Origin: Chiloscyllium plagiosum
Taxonomy: Eukaryota
DNA length: 64,000 nucleotides
Assembly: GCF_004010195.1 (NCBI RefSeq)
Contig: NC_057718.1
Coordinates: 18,992,588 to 19,056,587 of the forward strand
Reading direction: 5' to 3'
Part shown: positions 27,655 through 39,200 of the stretch, piece by piece
Layout of the letters: each line of letters starts with the position of its first letter
Position numbering within the stretch: position 1 is the first letter of the stretch
Notes under the pieces: model-generated
The model's input: only the letters and a program-made list of their open reading frames with translations
Databases searched by the model: none
Told to the model about the DNA's origin: nothing
Made by a program: the position numbers and the translations under genes

Positions 27655-28390
27655 TGAACCTTGCTCGCAGCGTCTCGGAGTCAGAGTCGGGGTTCAATGA
27701 CAGAGTTTATTGCAAAAGGAAATACCGGAGCTCCGGGGAAAGAAAGACATCAACAGCACAGTGGTCAGCTGCGATTCTTCTCTCAACCCAGAGCACGTCA
27801 AGACACTTTTATACATATTCTGATACAATAGGTCAGTGATGAGATTGTTATCTTTTAATATGGTTTGTTTATGGTAATCATTGCAGAATCTTTGATAGTT
27901 TCGATACGGTCATTGTCAGTTCCAGCACAGCCTTTGTTAAGTTCAGCGCAGTTATTGTTAGTTTCAGTGCAGACATTGTCAGTTTCAATGTCTGCACGGA
28001 AGTCCATTGCTCTAGTAATGGGCTCTAGTCGCTCTTCCTGAGAAGGACAATTACTGCAGGCCTAGCTATTAGTACTCTGTATTGAGTCTGTATCAAGCTG
28101 TTAGCATTTCTGTAAAGCTGTTAGCTGGACCCAGACACTTCGGCGTGCAGTGTACATTACTCATGTGTATTGTCTTCTCCACCTGCCTTAAACTAATCAA
28201 CTAGGTTGTGAGTGCATTGTGCTGGCATTCTGGTGGCCCCCGGCAGTGTCTGTATTTGCTCAGCTATCTCTCTCCATATTGTGGTCTGGCAGCCATCTTA
28301 TGTATCATGTGGCCAACTGATAGCTCAGCGGCCATTTTGTGTGTCCGTGTGCATAGTGTCACCCTGAACCGTGCCATCTCCCACTTTACA
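27655..28390 (-). mobile_element. 5' LTR of the ERV (about 735 bp)
   Basis: On the minus strand it starts TGTAAAG at 28390. It has about 21-bp U3 tandem repeats at 27912-27990, TATATAAAA at about 27806-27814, AATAAA at 27706-27711, and a PBS-like TGGTGTCC at about 27648. Confidence 0.7.
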
Positions 28391-31300
28391 GCCCTACTCA
28401 AAAATCTTCAGAAATCTGGAGAATTAAATAAGACTGACTTCCAAAAAATGAAACCAGATGGATCCAACACACTATGCTTCTACGGATTACCTGAAGTTCA
28501 CAAAACAGGAGCCCCCCCCAGACCCATAGTCTTGCTACCTGGAACGCCAACGTACAGATTAGCCAAGGAGCTACACCAAAGACTCAAACACTTGGTAGAA
28601 GACTCACACCACTCCAGCCAAGAATTCCTGAAGACCATCAAAGACACCAACGTAGAACTGGATGAAATAATGGTCTCCATTGATGTAACAGTCCTGTTTA
28701 CATCCATCAACCTAGCCAAGGAAACACTGACTATGCGATTAGGAGAACCAAATACACATACTCCAAACACCACCAACTTCTCAGCAAGGACAACATCATC
28801 AAGCTAATGGACCTATGCCTTACCACCCACTTCACTTTCAACAGCAAAACCTACAAACAAGCCAAAACAACACCTATGGGATCTCCAATATCAGGGTTCT
28901 TAGCAGAGGTAGTAATGCAGAGACTCGAACAAACAGTTCTTCCAACCATCCAACCCAAATTTTGGGTCCGCGACATGGATGACACCTTTGTCATCACTAA
29001 ACGAAACAAATTAGAGGAAACCCTTACTGGGATAAAATTCACTAACGAGGAAGAAAACAACAAACTGCCATACGCAGAGAAAAGAATGAGGTACGAAGGT
29101 GAACTGGCCAAAAATATAAAGGAGGATAGTAAAAGCTTTTTTAGGTATGTAAAGGAAAAAAAATGGTTAAGACTAGAATTGGGCCCTTGAAGACAGAAAC
29201 AGGGGAATATATTACGGGGAACAAAGAAATGGCAGAAGAGTTGAATTGGTACTTCAGATCTATGTTCACTAGGGAAGACACAAGCAATTTCCCAGAGGTA
29301 ACAGTGGCTGAACGACCTGAACTGAAGGGAATTTATATTTGCCAGGATCTGGTGTTGGAGAGACTGTTAGGTCTGAAGGCTGATAAGTCCCCGGGGCCTG
29401 ATGGTCCACATCCCAGGGTACTGAAGGAGGTGGCTCTAGAAATCATGGATGCATTAGTGGTTATTTTCCAGAGTTCGATATCAGTTCCTGCGGATTGGAG
29501 CGTGGCTAATGTTGTACCACTTTTTAAGAAAGGAGCGAGAGAGAAAGCAGGAAATTATAGACCAGTTAGTCTGACCTCAGTGGTGGGAAAGATGCTGGAG
29601 CCAATTATAAAGGATGAAATTATGACACACCTGGATTGCAGTAACATGATAGGTCAGAGTCAGCATGGATTTATGAAGGGGAAATCATGTTTGACTAATC
29701 TTCTGGAATTTTTTGAGGATGTAACACTGAAGATGGACAAGGGAGATCCAATGGATGTAGTGTACCTGGACTTTCAGAAAGCCTTTGATAAAGTCCCACA
29801 TAGGAGGTTAGTGAGCAAAATTAAGGNNNNNNNNNNNNNNNNNNNNNNNNNNNNNNNNNNNNNNNNNNNNNNNNNNNNNNNNNNNNNNNNNNNNNNNNNN
29901 NNNNNNNNNNNNNNNNNNNNNNNNNNNNNNNNNNNNNNNNNNNNNNNNNNNNNNNNNNNNNNNNNNNNNNNNNNNNNNNNNNNNNNNNNNNNNNNNNNNN
30001 NNNNNNNNNNNNNNNNNNNNNNNNNNNNNNNNNNNNNNNNNNNNNNNNNNNNNNNNNNNNNNNNNNNNNNNNNNNNNNNNNNNNNNNNNNNNNNNNNNNN
30101 NNNNNNNNNNNNNNNNNNNNNNNNNNNNNNNNNNNNNNNNNNNNNNNNNNNNNNNNNNNNNNNNNNNNNNNNNNNNNNNNNNNNNNNNNNNNNNNNNNNN
30201 NNNNNNNNNNNNNNNNNNNNNNNNNNNNNNNNNNNNNNNNNNNNNNNNNNNNNNNNNNNNNNNNNNNNNNNNNNNNNNNNNNNNNNNNNNNNNNNNNNNN
30301 NNNNNNNNNNNNNNNNNNNNNNNNNNNNNNNNNNNNNNNNNNNNNNNNNNNNNNNNNNNNNNNNNNNNNNNNNNNNNNNNNNNNNNNNNNNNNNNNNNNN
30401 NNNNNNNNNNNNNNNNNNNNNNNNNNNNNNNNNNNNNNNNNNNNNNNNNNNNNNNNNNNNNNNNNNNNNNNNNNNNNNNNNNNNNNNNNNNNNNNNNNNN
30501 NNNNNNNNNNNNNNNNAGGCCCAGTCTCTGGGTTCATTTAAGAAAGAGTTGGGTAGAGCTCTCAAGGATAGTGGAATCAAGGGTTATGGAGATAAGGCAG
30601 GAACAGGATACTGATTGAGGATGATCAGCCATGATCATAATGAATAGTGGTGCAGGCTCGAAGGGCAGAATGGCCTACCCCTGCACCTATTGTCTATTGT
30701 CTATTCCAAGATGTCACAGTAAAACAAACAGCCAACGGGGAACTTCAAACTATAGGAAAATAACACATACGGACCAAATACTGAACTACAGAAGTAATCA
30801 TCCCAACACCCACAAACAAAGCTGCATTAGAAGATTTATTTCCAATGAGCTACCACACATTGCAGCACAGAGGAACTATGAAGAGCAGAGGAAAATCACC
30901 TATAGCGTATTCAAAATAAACAGATACCCAATGAACACAGTCCACTGATTTCTCAGCAACAAACAAGCAGACAAAACGCACCCAGAAACCCTACCACTCT
31001 CCCCTGCATCAAAGACAACTCAGAAATGACTGCCAGACTACTCAGAGCTCTTGGCATCATAGTAGCCCACAAACCCACTTACACACTAAAACTGCAGCTA
31101 ATGAACTTGAAAGACCCGAGACAGATAACAAACAAACTAACATAACTTACAAGATACCTTGCCAAAACTGTAACAAACACTACATTGGACAAACAGGCAG
31201 AAAACTAGCCACCAGGATACATGAACATCAACTAGCCCTGAAAAGACATGACCCATTCTCACTAGTATCCTTACATACAGATGAGGAAGGACACCACTTC

Positions 31301-31631
31301 GACTGAGACAACACATCCATCCCAGGACAAGCCAAACAGGGACATGCACAAAAATTCCTGGCAGCATGGCATTCCATCCGGAACTCTATCAACAAAGATA
31401 TTGACTTGGACCACATTTACCACCCTCTGAGAAAAGAACAGGAAATGACATCATTACCGGAAATGACAATCACAGGAAATGACATCGCCAATCCAAGGAA
31501 ACCTAAACACTTAAATAGAAAGTGGGTCACTAACACCAACGCTTCACTGGAGCTCACTGATGATCTTACCTAGTATGGGGACAAAAGGTCTGAAAATCAA
31601 CAGTCCATTTCAGTGAGCAAACATATATCCA
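28391..31631 (+). mobile_element. Penelope-like element, inverted arm (RT, GIY-YIG, truncated pLTR), interrupted by a CR1
   Basis: Translates to FYGLPEVHKTGAPPRPIV, SIDVTVLFTSI, MGSPISG, MDDTF and NITYKIPCQNCNKHYIGQTGRKLATRIHEH. Confidence 0.88.
29072..30702 (+). mobile_element. CR1 LINE (family C) inserted in the Penelope RT
   Basis: KSPGPDG, NYRPVSLTSVVGK and DFQKAFDKVPH motifs, with a (TTGTCTA)n tail. It splits the Penelope sequence aacaaactgcca|ttccaagatgtc and contains an N-gap. Confidence 0.88.
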
Positions 31632-31919
31632 AAACAAAAATATTTTTTAAAATTAAGACATATTTACACTCATTCCTGTTTAATCTTTCCAAAGAATTAA
31701 CTCTAAGACAATTCCAAAATGTTTACATTCTTGACAAAGGATCAGCAATTATACTGTTTTACCAATAATGTTAACAATCTTTAAATAACAAGGCTTAGTC
31801 ACAAATTCCATCACCATAATCTGACATATTGTATTTTTCGATCAAGGATAGGGGTGTTATGCACAGTATGTACCAACGTCTATCTACAGGTGTAATGGAT
31901 ATATAATTCATAATGTTTA

Positions 31920-32262
31920 CGGGGAGGTGGTGACATTGTGACTGAGTTGATAATCCAGCGACCTAAAGCATTAGCATAGCAGATGGTGAAGTATGAATCA
32001 ATGAAAATCTGGTATTTAAAGCTAGCCTAATGGCCAAAAGGTAACGACTGTAGTAAAAACCCATCTCGTTGACTAATGAACTCTACAGAAGGAAATCTGT
32101 CATCATTACCTGGTCTGGCCTACACGTGATTCCAAATAATATGGCTGACTCATAACTGCCCTCTGAAGTGGCACTATCAAGCCAGTCAGTTCATGTGGCA
32201 ATTAGCAATGAGCAATAAATGCTGTCTCACCCAACTACATCCACATCCTAAAAACAAATAAG
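31920..32262 (+). mobile_element. Degenerate SINE with a LINE-derived 3' tail
   Basis: The tail ggcaattagcaatgagcaataaatgctg...ccacatcc resembles LINE 3'-end fragments at about 1440-1680 and 60570-60615. Confidence 0.5.
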
Positions 32263-32682
32263 AGTCGGTAGTAAACATACATATAAATGTACAAATTGTT
32301 ATACCATGCTGGGGTAGCACTCTGGAAATCAAGCCTTGCTATTCTTAGAGTTATCATAAAGGTTAAAAAATTTAAAAAGTACTCAGAATTGCCCAATTTA
32401 CCTGTCTTTTAGATCTTTTAACAGGAAGCACAAACCAGATTTTTTTTACTCAACAAGAATTAGTGTGTATTACAAGTAAATAAACTCTTGCTACAGAGAA
32501 ACAACTTTGAAACATTCAATAACACACTACTAGTTAAAACTTTCATCCCCCTTACAAAATACATATACACACACACGACTGAGAAAGCAGTTCAGAGCTT
32601 CCTGTTCACAAGGCTGCTGAGATGATTCTTGTGGTGATCAGAATGCTGTGTCTCAGTCTTCATCCTCCAAATGCTTTTGCTG

Positions 32683-33006
32683 TTGTGGTTCAATTCGCCG
32701 AGCTGGAAATTTTTGTTGCAAACGTTTCGTCCCCTGTCTAGGTGACATCCTCAGTGCTTGGGAGCCTCCTGTGAAGCGCTTCTGTGGTGTTTCCTCCGGC
32801 ATTTATAGTGGCCTGTCCCTGCCGCTTCCGGTTGTCACACACGCATGTCCGCAGTAGTGGCCGGTATATTGGGTCCAGGGGAGGCTCCCAAGCACTGAGG
32901 ATGTCACCTAGACAGGGGACAAAACGTTTGCAACAAAAATTTCCAGCTCGGCGAACAGAACCACAACAACGAGCACCCGAGCTACAAATCTTCACCCAAA
33001 CTTTGA
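32683..33006 (+). mobile_element. Short palindromic Penelope-derived insertion with two hammerhead motifs
   Basis: Inverted arms at 32683-32769 and 32880-32966. Perfect 14-bp TSD AAATGCTTTTGCTG at 32669-32682 and 33007-33020. Confidence 0.85.
32718..32757 (-). ncRNA. Minimal type-I hammerhead ribozyme motif
   Basis: Minus strand reads GCA-CUGAGGA-U-GUCACCU(AGAC)AGGGGAC-GAAA-CG-UU-UGC: conserved core, stem II, palindromic ACGU and a 3-bp stem I. Confidence 0.65.
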
Positions 33007-33279
33007 AAATGCTTTTGCTGGTTTGCCTGAAGTATGGGGTGACTGGTTCACACTCATAGTAGGTCTCTGACTTAGTCATTAAAAGTCATTGCTTACAGCA
33101 AATGGTGAAGAAAAAGTAAACTGGTTTACTTCAGGCTTAAAGTGGGTTTTGCTGAGACAGCTCCTGGTGGTGGATGTCTGACGACTTCTCTGTATCTTGT
33201 TCACAACCTCAAACTGTTTAGCTACCTGAGAAGTAATCACATAGCTGTTGGCAGGCTGAAGGCCTTTGTCTTCATAAGA

Positions 33280-33650
33280 CCACACAGAATAGGAATATAA
33301 GTAGGCTGTTCGGCTTTTCAAGCTCTGCTTTGCCATTCAATATAATCATGGCTGATCCGACATTCTTCAAGTTCACTTTTCTGCTTTTTCCTATAACCCT
33401 TGATTCCTCTACCAGTCAAGAAGCTATTTCAACCTTAAATATACATAAGGATTCTGCTCCCACATCTCCCTGTGGAAACGCGTTCCAAAGACTAATAACC
33501 ATCTGAGAGAAGAAATTCCTCCTGATCTCAGTCTTAACTTAGTCCCCCTTTATTCTGAGACGATGCCCTCTGGTTCTAGACTCCACCATGAAGGGAAATA
33601 TCCTATCAGCATTTACCTGTCAAGCCCCTTAAGAATCATAAATGTTTCAA
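33280..33650 (-). mobile_element. CR1 3' fragment
   Basis: CR1 3'-end sequence (agaataggaatataagtaggc...; gagaagaaattcctcc). Confidence 0.6.
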
Positions 33651-33762
33651 TATCGATAACTGGTCAGAACTCTACAGGCCAATCAGTTACTTGTCGTCAA
33701 CCAAAGCTCTATTTGTATACCACCATTTAACTTCAACTCATCAGTAAACTACATTTGAACTA

Positions 33763-33966
33763 CATTCTGTTCCGCTATAACTTGGTAGTTCCAATTTCGT
33801 GCAATTCCATGTTATAAGAAAATTGTGTAATAGCAGCACCATTTAAACAAATGGGACTCGAATTGTGTTATAACCAATACACACTTTAAAAACAGTGTAC
33901 CCAATTCATCAATCATATTATAGTGAATTTGTGTTGACGAAACACACATTATAGCAGAACAAACTG
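33763..33966. mobile_element. pogo/Tigger-like MITE
   Basis: Terminal inverted repeats TA|CATTCTGTTCCGCTATAA ... TTATAGCAGAACAAACTG|TA. Confidence 0.65.
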
Positions 33967-34563
33967 TACAGCTATGTAAACAGTGTTTATAATAAATGTC
34001 AAGTTACTACTTCCAAAATGTGTAGGAATGTTTCAACAATCCTTGGTTTTAAAACAGTTCTTTTCTCATTTCAATATAGGAAAATAAAAAGACACAGTCT
34101 TTGCAGAATTAGGAGCAAGAGTAGGGCATTCAACATCTTAAGCCTGGTCAAATATTTAATAAGATCTTGGATCATCTGATTTTAACCTCAAATTTGCATT
34201 TCCACCTACCCCAATAATTTTTCACACCCTCCTTGCCTGAAGGATTCTGCTTCCACAACCCACTGACACAAAAATAAACACCTGATCTCGGTTTTAAATG
34301 GACAATCTCTCATAAGAAGCATCCTCTTCACAAGCCTAGCCCAACTTTTCCTCATAAGGCAATACTCATTCCAGGTATTAGTCTGGTAATCTAAAATTAT
34401 TAATTTCTTCAGATGCTGTCGGACCTGCTGAGTTTCTCCAGCATCCTATGTACTTGTTTTAGATTTCAGCATCTGCAGCTTTTGGAACGGTAAGTTGATA
34501 GGGTTAGATTAAGGTGGTTGGGAGGAGACCCATGGTTCGGAACATCAACACTGACACGGTTAT

Positions 34564-35172
34564 TGTTAGAAATAGGGTAAAGTGTTGTTTTTGCAGATAT
34601 AGAAAAAGCATACAGAAAAGGGGTACAGCAAGAGAACTATTAACCCTGCAGGTATTTAGGGACTTTTCAGTGTATAATTGTGGTTAATTAAATACTAACT
34701 TTGGTGTGTAATTACTATAACAAAAAGTTCTTTTTGTAAAATTATGCTTTCAGCAAAAAGCTGAGATAGCCGAAATGCTTGAGCTATACAAAAAGATACA
34801 AGTTAATGAAATGTCCGAGGATGGAATGTACCAGCAGAATTGATACAAAATGTTAAACCAGATCTAGATGTACTGTCGACAAAATAAATGTATGTGTCAG
34901 CACTTACAGAAAGGAAGGTTGCCAACCTGGGGAAGGAGGAAGTAATAAGGTGGAGCACAGCTGGGCAGTGGTCTGGCACAGTAAGAGAGATTGGGTAATT
35001 AGGAGTTTGGAGAGATTACCTCACTCAGCTCAAAGGGTACACTAACCTAAGTTCTAATTTACTTCAATTGCTCTCTGCAATTGGGGTCCTTTCTTGTAAG
35101 ATCGTAGAATAAATTGTCTTGTTTCCAGCTTTGGTGGTCTTGTCTAAATTTTACTGAATTTTGTTTCTAACA
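34564..35172 (+). mobile_element. Solo LTR
   Basis: Inverted termini TGTTAGAAA...TTTCTAACA, perfect 5-bp TSD GTTAT on both sides, AATAAA at 35108-35113. Confidence 0.85.
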
Positions 35173-35499
35173 GTTATGTTGGCCAAATGGCCAATTTCTG
35201 GACTGTAACTTCTGTGGAAAGCTGTGATGTTGGAATTATATGCCATCAAACCTGCAACTTAGCATCCTCTACCAGCACCCATGTTGTTGCTAAGGTCATG
35301 GGAATGGTTTTCAAAGTGGCACAAAAAGCAGCCAACAAGGACAAAACACAAAAACAGAGAAAGAGACATCTTTTTTATGTGTGAATTATAAATGAGTTCA
35401 TTTTCAAGAACAAAACAAGTCCAGATGAATATGTTAAAAAGACTAACGGGGATGTAAATGTAAATGTAAAATAAGACCGTTAGAACCTACCCTCAGAAA

Positions 35500-36200
35500 G
35501 AAAGTTTGAATAATCGCCATGGCAACAGCAGTAACTGTCAGGGGCTTTCGTGTCCAATCATCCGCCTGAATGAAGACTGGGCGTTTTATTCAACATTGTT
35601 TGTTCTCATTAATTGCACGGATAGGTTTCGATCGATGAAAGCACTGTTTTATTGCCATTATTGCTTGTAATGTCAAGGTGTGGTTTTTTTGTGGAGCCGG
35701 CCGTCAGGCACGGAGCTGCCCGAGTATAGAGTGAGGCCCCAGACATGCCAACCGGGCAGAAGCCGCGGAGCGGCAGCAGTGGCGGGGAGGTTACCGTGCT
35801 CGGTGTGGGCCGTGGAGCTGGACGGGCCGGCACACACCTCAGCCAGGGTTGCGTCATGGAGAACGACATCCTCGATTCACTGGAGGACCTGGGGTAGGCG
35901 CTTTGACTAGCCCCTGGACTTTCTCTCCTCCCTCCCCGTGTCAACCTTCTGGAGGTTTCTCCGACAGGCTGGGCCTCACCGATAGGTGTTTGTCACCGGA
36001 TGGTTTCCCGTCACCACCCTCCCCCCGCCTCCCTCTCACACTGGCGTAGTCAAGTTGACCCGAGCGCTCGTTATAAATAACCTGCTGAGCTGGCTTTGGC
36101 GTTGCTGCCCACCCATTGGGCCTGACTCCGGGGGTAAAACGCTTCTGCCCTTTTCCTCGCTGCTGACACGTGTTTCACTGCAGCAAAGGCCTACCTGTGC
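35500..36200 (+). promoter_or_regulatory. FAM98A promoter / CpG-rich first-exon region
   Basis: Marked local rise in GC and CpG at about 35690-36200 around exon 1. CCAAT at 35554-35558 and an RFX-like tcgccatggcaac at 35514-35526. Confidence 0.6.
35856..35893 (+). CDS. FAM98A: FAM98A coding exon 1 (MENDILDSLEDLG)
   Basis: gtcATGg is a strong Kozak context. The donor GG|gtaggc is at 35894 (phase 2). The exon lies in a CpG-rich region. Confidence 0.9.
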
Positions 36201-39200
36201 TTTTTACTTTATCTCCCCACTTTACATTTTAAATCTGTCATCTGTCTTACATCTGTCATTTGCATATGTGTCGCCCAGTCCGTCGTTTGCCAACATTGAA
36301 AACTGTTTCAACATTGCAGGGTAGGGGGTGGGCACTGTCATGTGACTGACTGACTGACTGAGTCCTTGAGCTGAGTGATTTAACCATAAGGCAGTTTGGA
36401 GTCGACCATGTTGCTAAGGCTTGGCTCGCATTTAGGCTAGACCAGGTGGGGATGGAGTGTTTCCTTATAGGACATAAATGGCTGTTATGATCATCATCAG
36501 TTTTCATAAGACTAGCTTTTGACTACAGAATTGTTAATTGAATTTACATGCCATCAGCTGCTGTGATGGGATTTAATCTATTCCCCAGGTCATTGGCTCA
36601 GTTTTGATTATTTAATAAAAACTGAAAAAACTGGGTGCTGTTGTGTTCTGAGGAAGGGTTGCTTGCTCTGAAACGTTAACTCCAATTTCTCTCCACAGAT
36701 ACTGCCAGAACTGCTGAGCTTTTCTGGCAATTTCTACTTTTGTCTCTGTTACTTGCCTAGTGACATTTATCAATATGCCTCTATCTTGCCATATGCTTCC
36801 AATGACAACAGTCCATATAAATGGGTTGTAATTCTGAATAATATCTTGAATAACTTTGAGCTATTCAAACCAAAATCAGTAGGCCTGGTTCAAGTCCCAC
36901 CTGCTCCAACAATGTCTTATAATACTTCTGGAGAATTGATTAGAAAGTATCTGCAACACTTATCTTCATTTAATGATATGTAGGAAGCTGATCTTTATGA
37001 AAAGAATAGATGTGTTTTGGAATTGTATAAAAACAATTATTAGCATAAAGGGAAAATGTCTTAAAACATTTTTACAATTGGAAGCACTGCATACCAAAAT
37101 AGAGGTAGTGCTAAACCTCTCAGAATAATTAGTTAACTCATGTTGTGACAAAATTTGGTGCCTTCCTTTAAGAGTCTCAAGGTCATGGGGAGAGTCCAAA
37201 GAGACTTATTACTGTGTATCTCACACTTGGATGAGAGGAGAAATTAGGTGACTGTAGAATGGAGCAGCATATTTATGAGGTGAAAGTGGGGACTACAGAT
37301 GCTGGAGATTAGAGTGCTGCTGGAAATGCGCAGCAGGCATCCAAGGAGCAGGAAAATCGACATTTTGGGCAGGAACCCTTTGTCAGCATAGGAGGTCCAG
37401 TAAAGAAGTAAATCTTTGGGGGGAGACTAATGCAAGTCAAATAATTGAGATCAAAAGGTCAAAGAGTTTTTTTTTCCTGTTGATGGTCAAGACCTAGTGT
37501 TCTCACAGAAACTGAAATGGAAGCTTTTAGCAGGAAAGTGTGAGGAAGATACTAAACTGCCAGACTGCAATGTTCAGGCTAAAATTGACAATTGAAATTT
37601 ATTTGCAACCAGCTTACCTACATAACACAAATGTGTAGTAAAGGAATAGGAATCTAATACTCAGCATATTGAATAAGCTTCAGAGTTTGGTAGTTTTAGA
37701 TGTCCGTTCCAGTAAGTTTTGAATAGTGCCTCTGTTTCAGTGTGACAAGGAAGATTGGAAATAATGCAATTCCTTTTGCTGTCTCGACTGAAGCAAAGTT
37801 AAAAATCACACAACACCAGGTTATAGTCCAACAGGTTTAATTGGAAGCACACTAGCTTTCAGAGTGTCAGTACCACCTGATGAAGGAGCGACACTCTGAA
37901 AGCTAGTGTGCTTCCAATTAAACCTGTTGGACTATAATCTGGTGTTGTGATTTTTAACTTTTGTACACCCCAGTCCAACACTGGCATCTCTAAATCTCGA
38001 CTGAAGCAGGCTGCTTAAAAGGAAAGTGGAGCATAGGTAAGACCTTTGTCTCTTGCAGAACTCTTCTGTGCTTCCAGTGCTTAAATTTGAAGATTTGGTG
38101 TCTTTGGAGTTATTTTGTGAACTAGCTTGTGAACTAGATTTATATCATTCAAGTGAAAGGGGTGTAAGAAATGGGAATGTAGTGAGACCTGGGTATTCTC
38201 AAATAGCAGATTCTGAAGGTAAGCCTGCAGGTACAGCAAGCAGTAAAGAAGACAAATTGTATATTAGCCTTCATACAAGAGCATTCCAGAGCAGAAGCAG
38301 GGATGTCTTGCTGCAATTATACAGAGCCTGGTGAGACACCACACTTGGAATATTGTGTGCATTTCTTGTTTCCTTATGAGGAAGGATTTACTTGCTATCA
38401 TGGGAGTTCAGTGGAGATTTTTCAGATTGATTCATGGGATGGCAAGACTGATGTTGGGGAGCGGTAGAATTTAGATCATGTTGCTGGAGTTCAGAAGAAT
38501 GAGGACAGAACTCAGAAACTTTTAAAATTCTGAAAGATCTAAACAGGGTAGATGCAGGAATGATGTTTCCAATGTCTGTAGAGTCCAAGTTAGGTCACAG
38601 TCTAAGGATATGGGGTAAATCATTTAAGTCTGAGATAAAAAGAAACGTATTTACCCCGAGAGTGGTAAGCCTGTAGAATTCACTACCACAAAAGCAGTCA
38701 AGGCCAAAACATTGTGTGGTTTCAAGCAGGAATTAGAAATGCACATGGTGTTAAGGGATCAAAGGATGTGCAGGGGAAAGCTGGAACAGGCTTTTGGATG
38801 ATAACCATGACCATAATGAATAGCAAAGTGGGCTGAAAGCCAAATGGCCTTCTCCTCCATTTTTTTTATGTTGTCATGTGTGAATCATGATTTTCAGCAG
38901 AAACTTGGGACTGAAAATGACTTGTCATGTTGGTTTGATGGGTTCTGAGAAGACTGATAATTCTAATGTGTGATTTTCAGACTCTGCCTCACATGGGGCA
39001 GATGGACTGAGATGAATGAATTATTTGAAGGTTTGAGCGCTTTCTACTATGCATAGACATCAGGTCTGCAAATTCCCAATATAGTCTTTTTGTCGGGTGT
39101 CTCCACTTGAACCTTCTCAAGTCCAGTTGGTCACAGGCTAGGGACTCCCGTGAGTCAGCGGGGATGTTTCTTCTTCAATTTTTTTGAAGACATGTCAAAT

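Larger units (their letters stand above)
18961..28390 (-). mobile_element. Endogenous retrovirus (5' LTR-gag-pro-pol-env), 3'-truncated in env and interrupted by nested CR1s
   Basis: Gag: APVNWSRITTTKQ. Protease: MLVDTG at about 26645. RT: HRQYPIK, NSPRCPVLKPDGSY, GLVNYSRSFIAEFAKLVEP. RNase H: LFMDG, SAQVAE, GNQAAD. A Cys-rich env-like region lies at about 18961-19660. Confidence 0.85.

Noticed and set aside
28208..29190. ORFs that look like novel chimeric proteins (LTR+Penelope, Penelope+CR1)
   Set aside because: Chance read-through across insertion junctions of decayed elements.
23137..30614. Long ORFs containing X runs (also 59626-60238)
   Set aside because: Their length is an artefact of N-gaps. 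The real parts are CR1 fragments or FAM98A exon 7.
35609..36324. Several 66-112 aa ORFs around FAM98A exon 1
   Set aside because: Expected in stop-poor GC-rich DNA, with no recognisable protein motifs.
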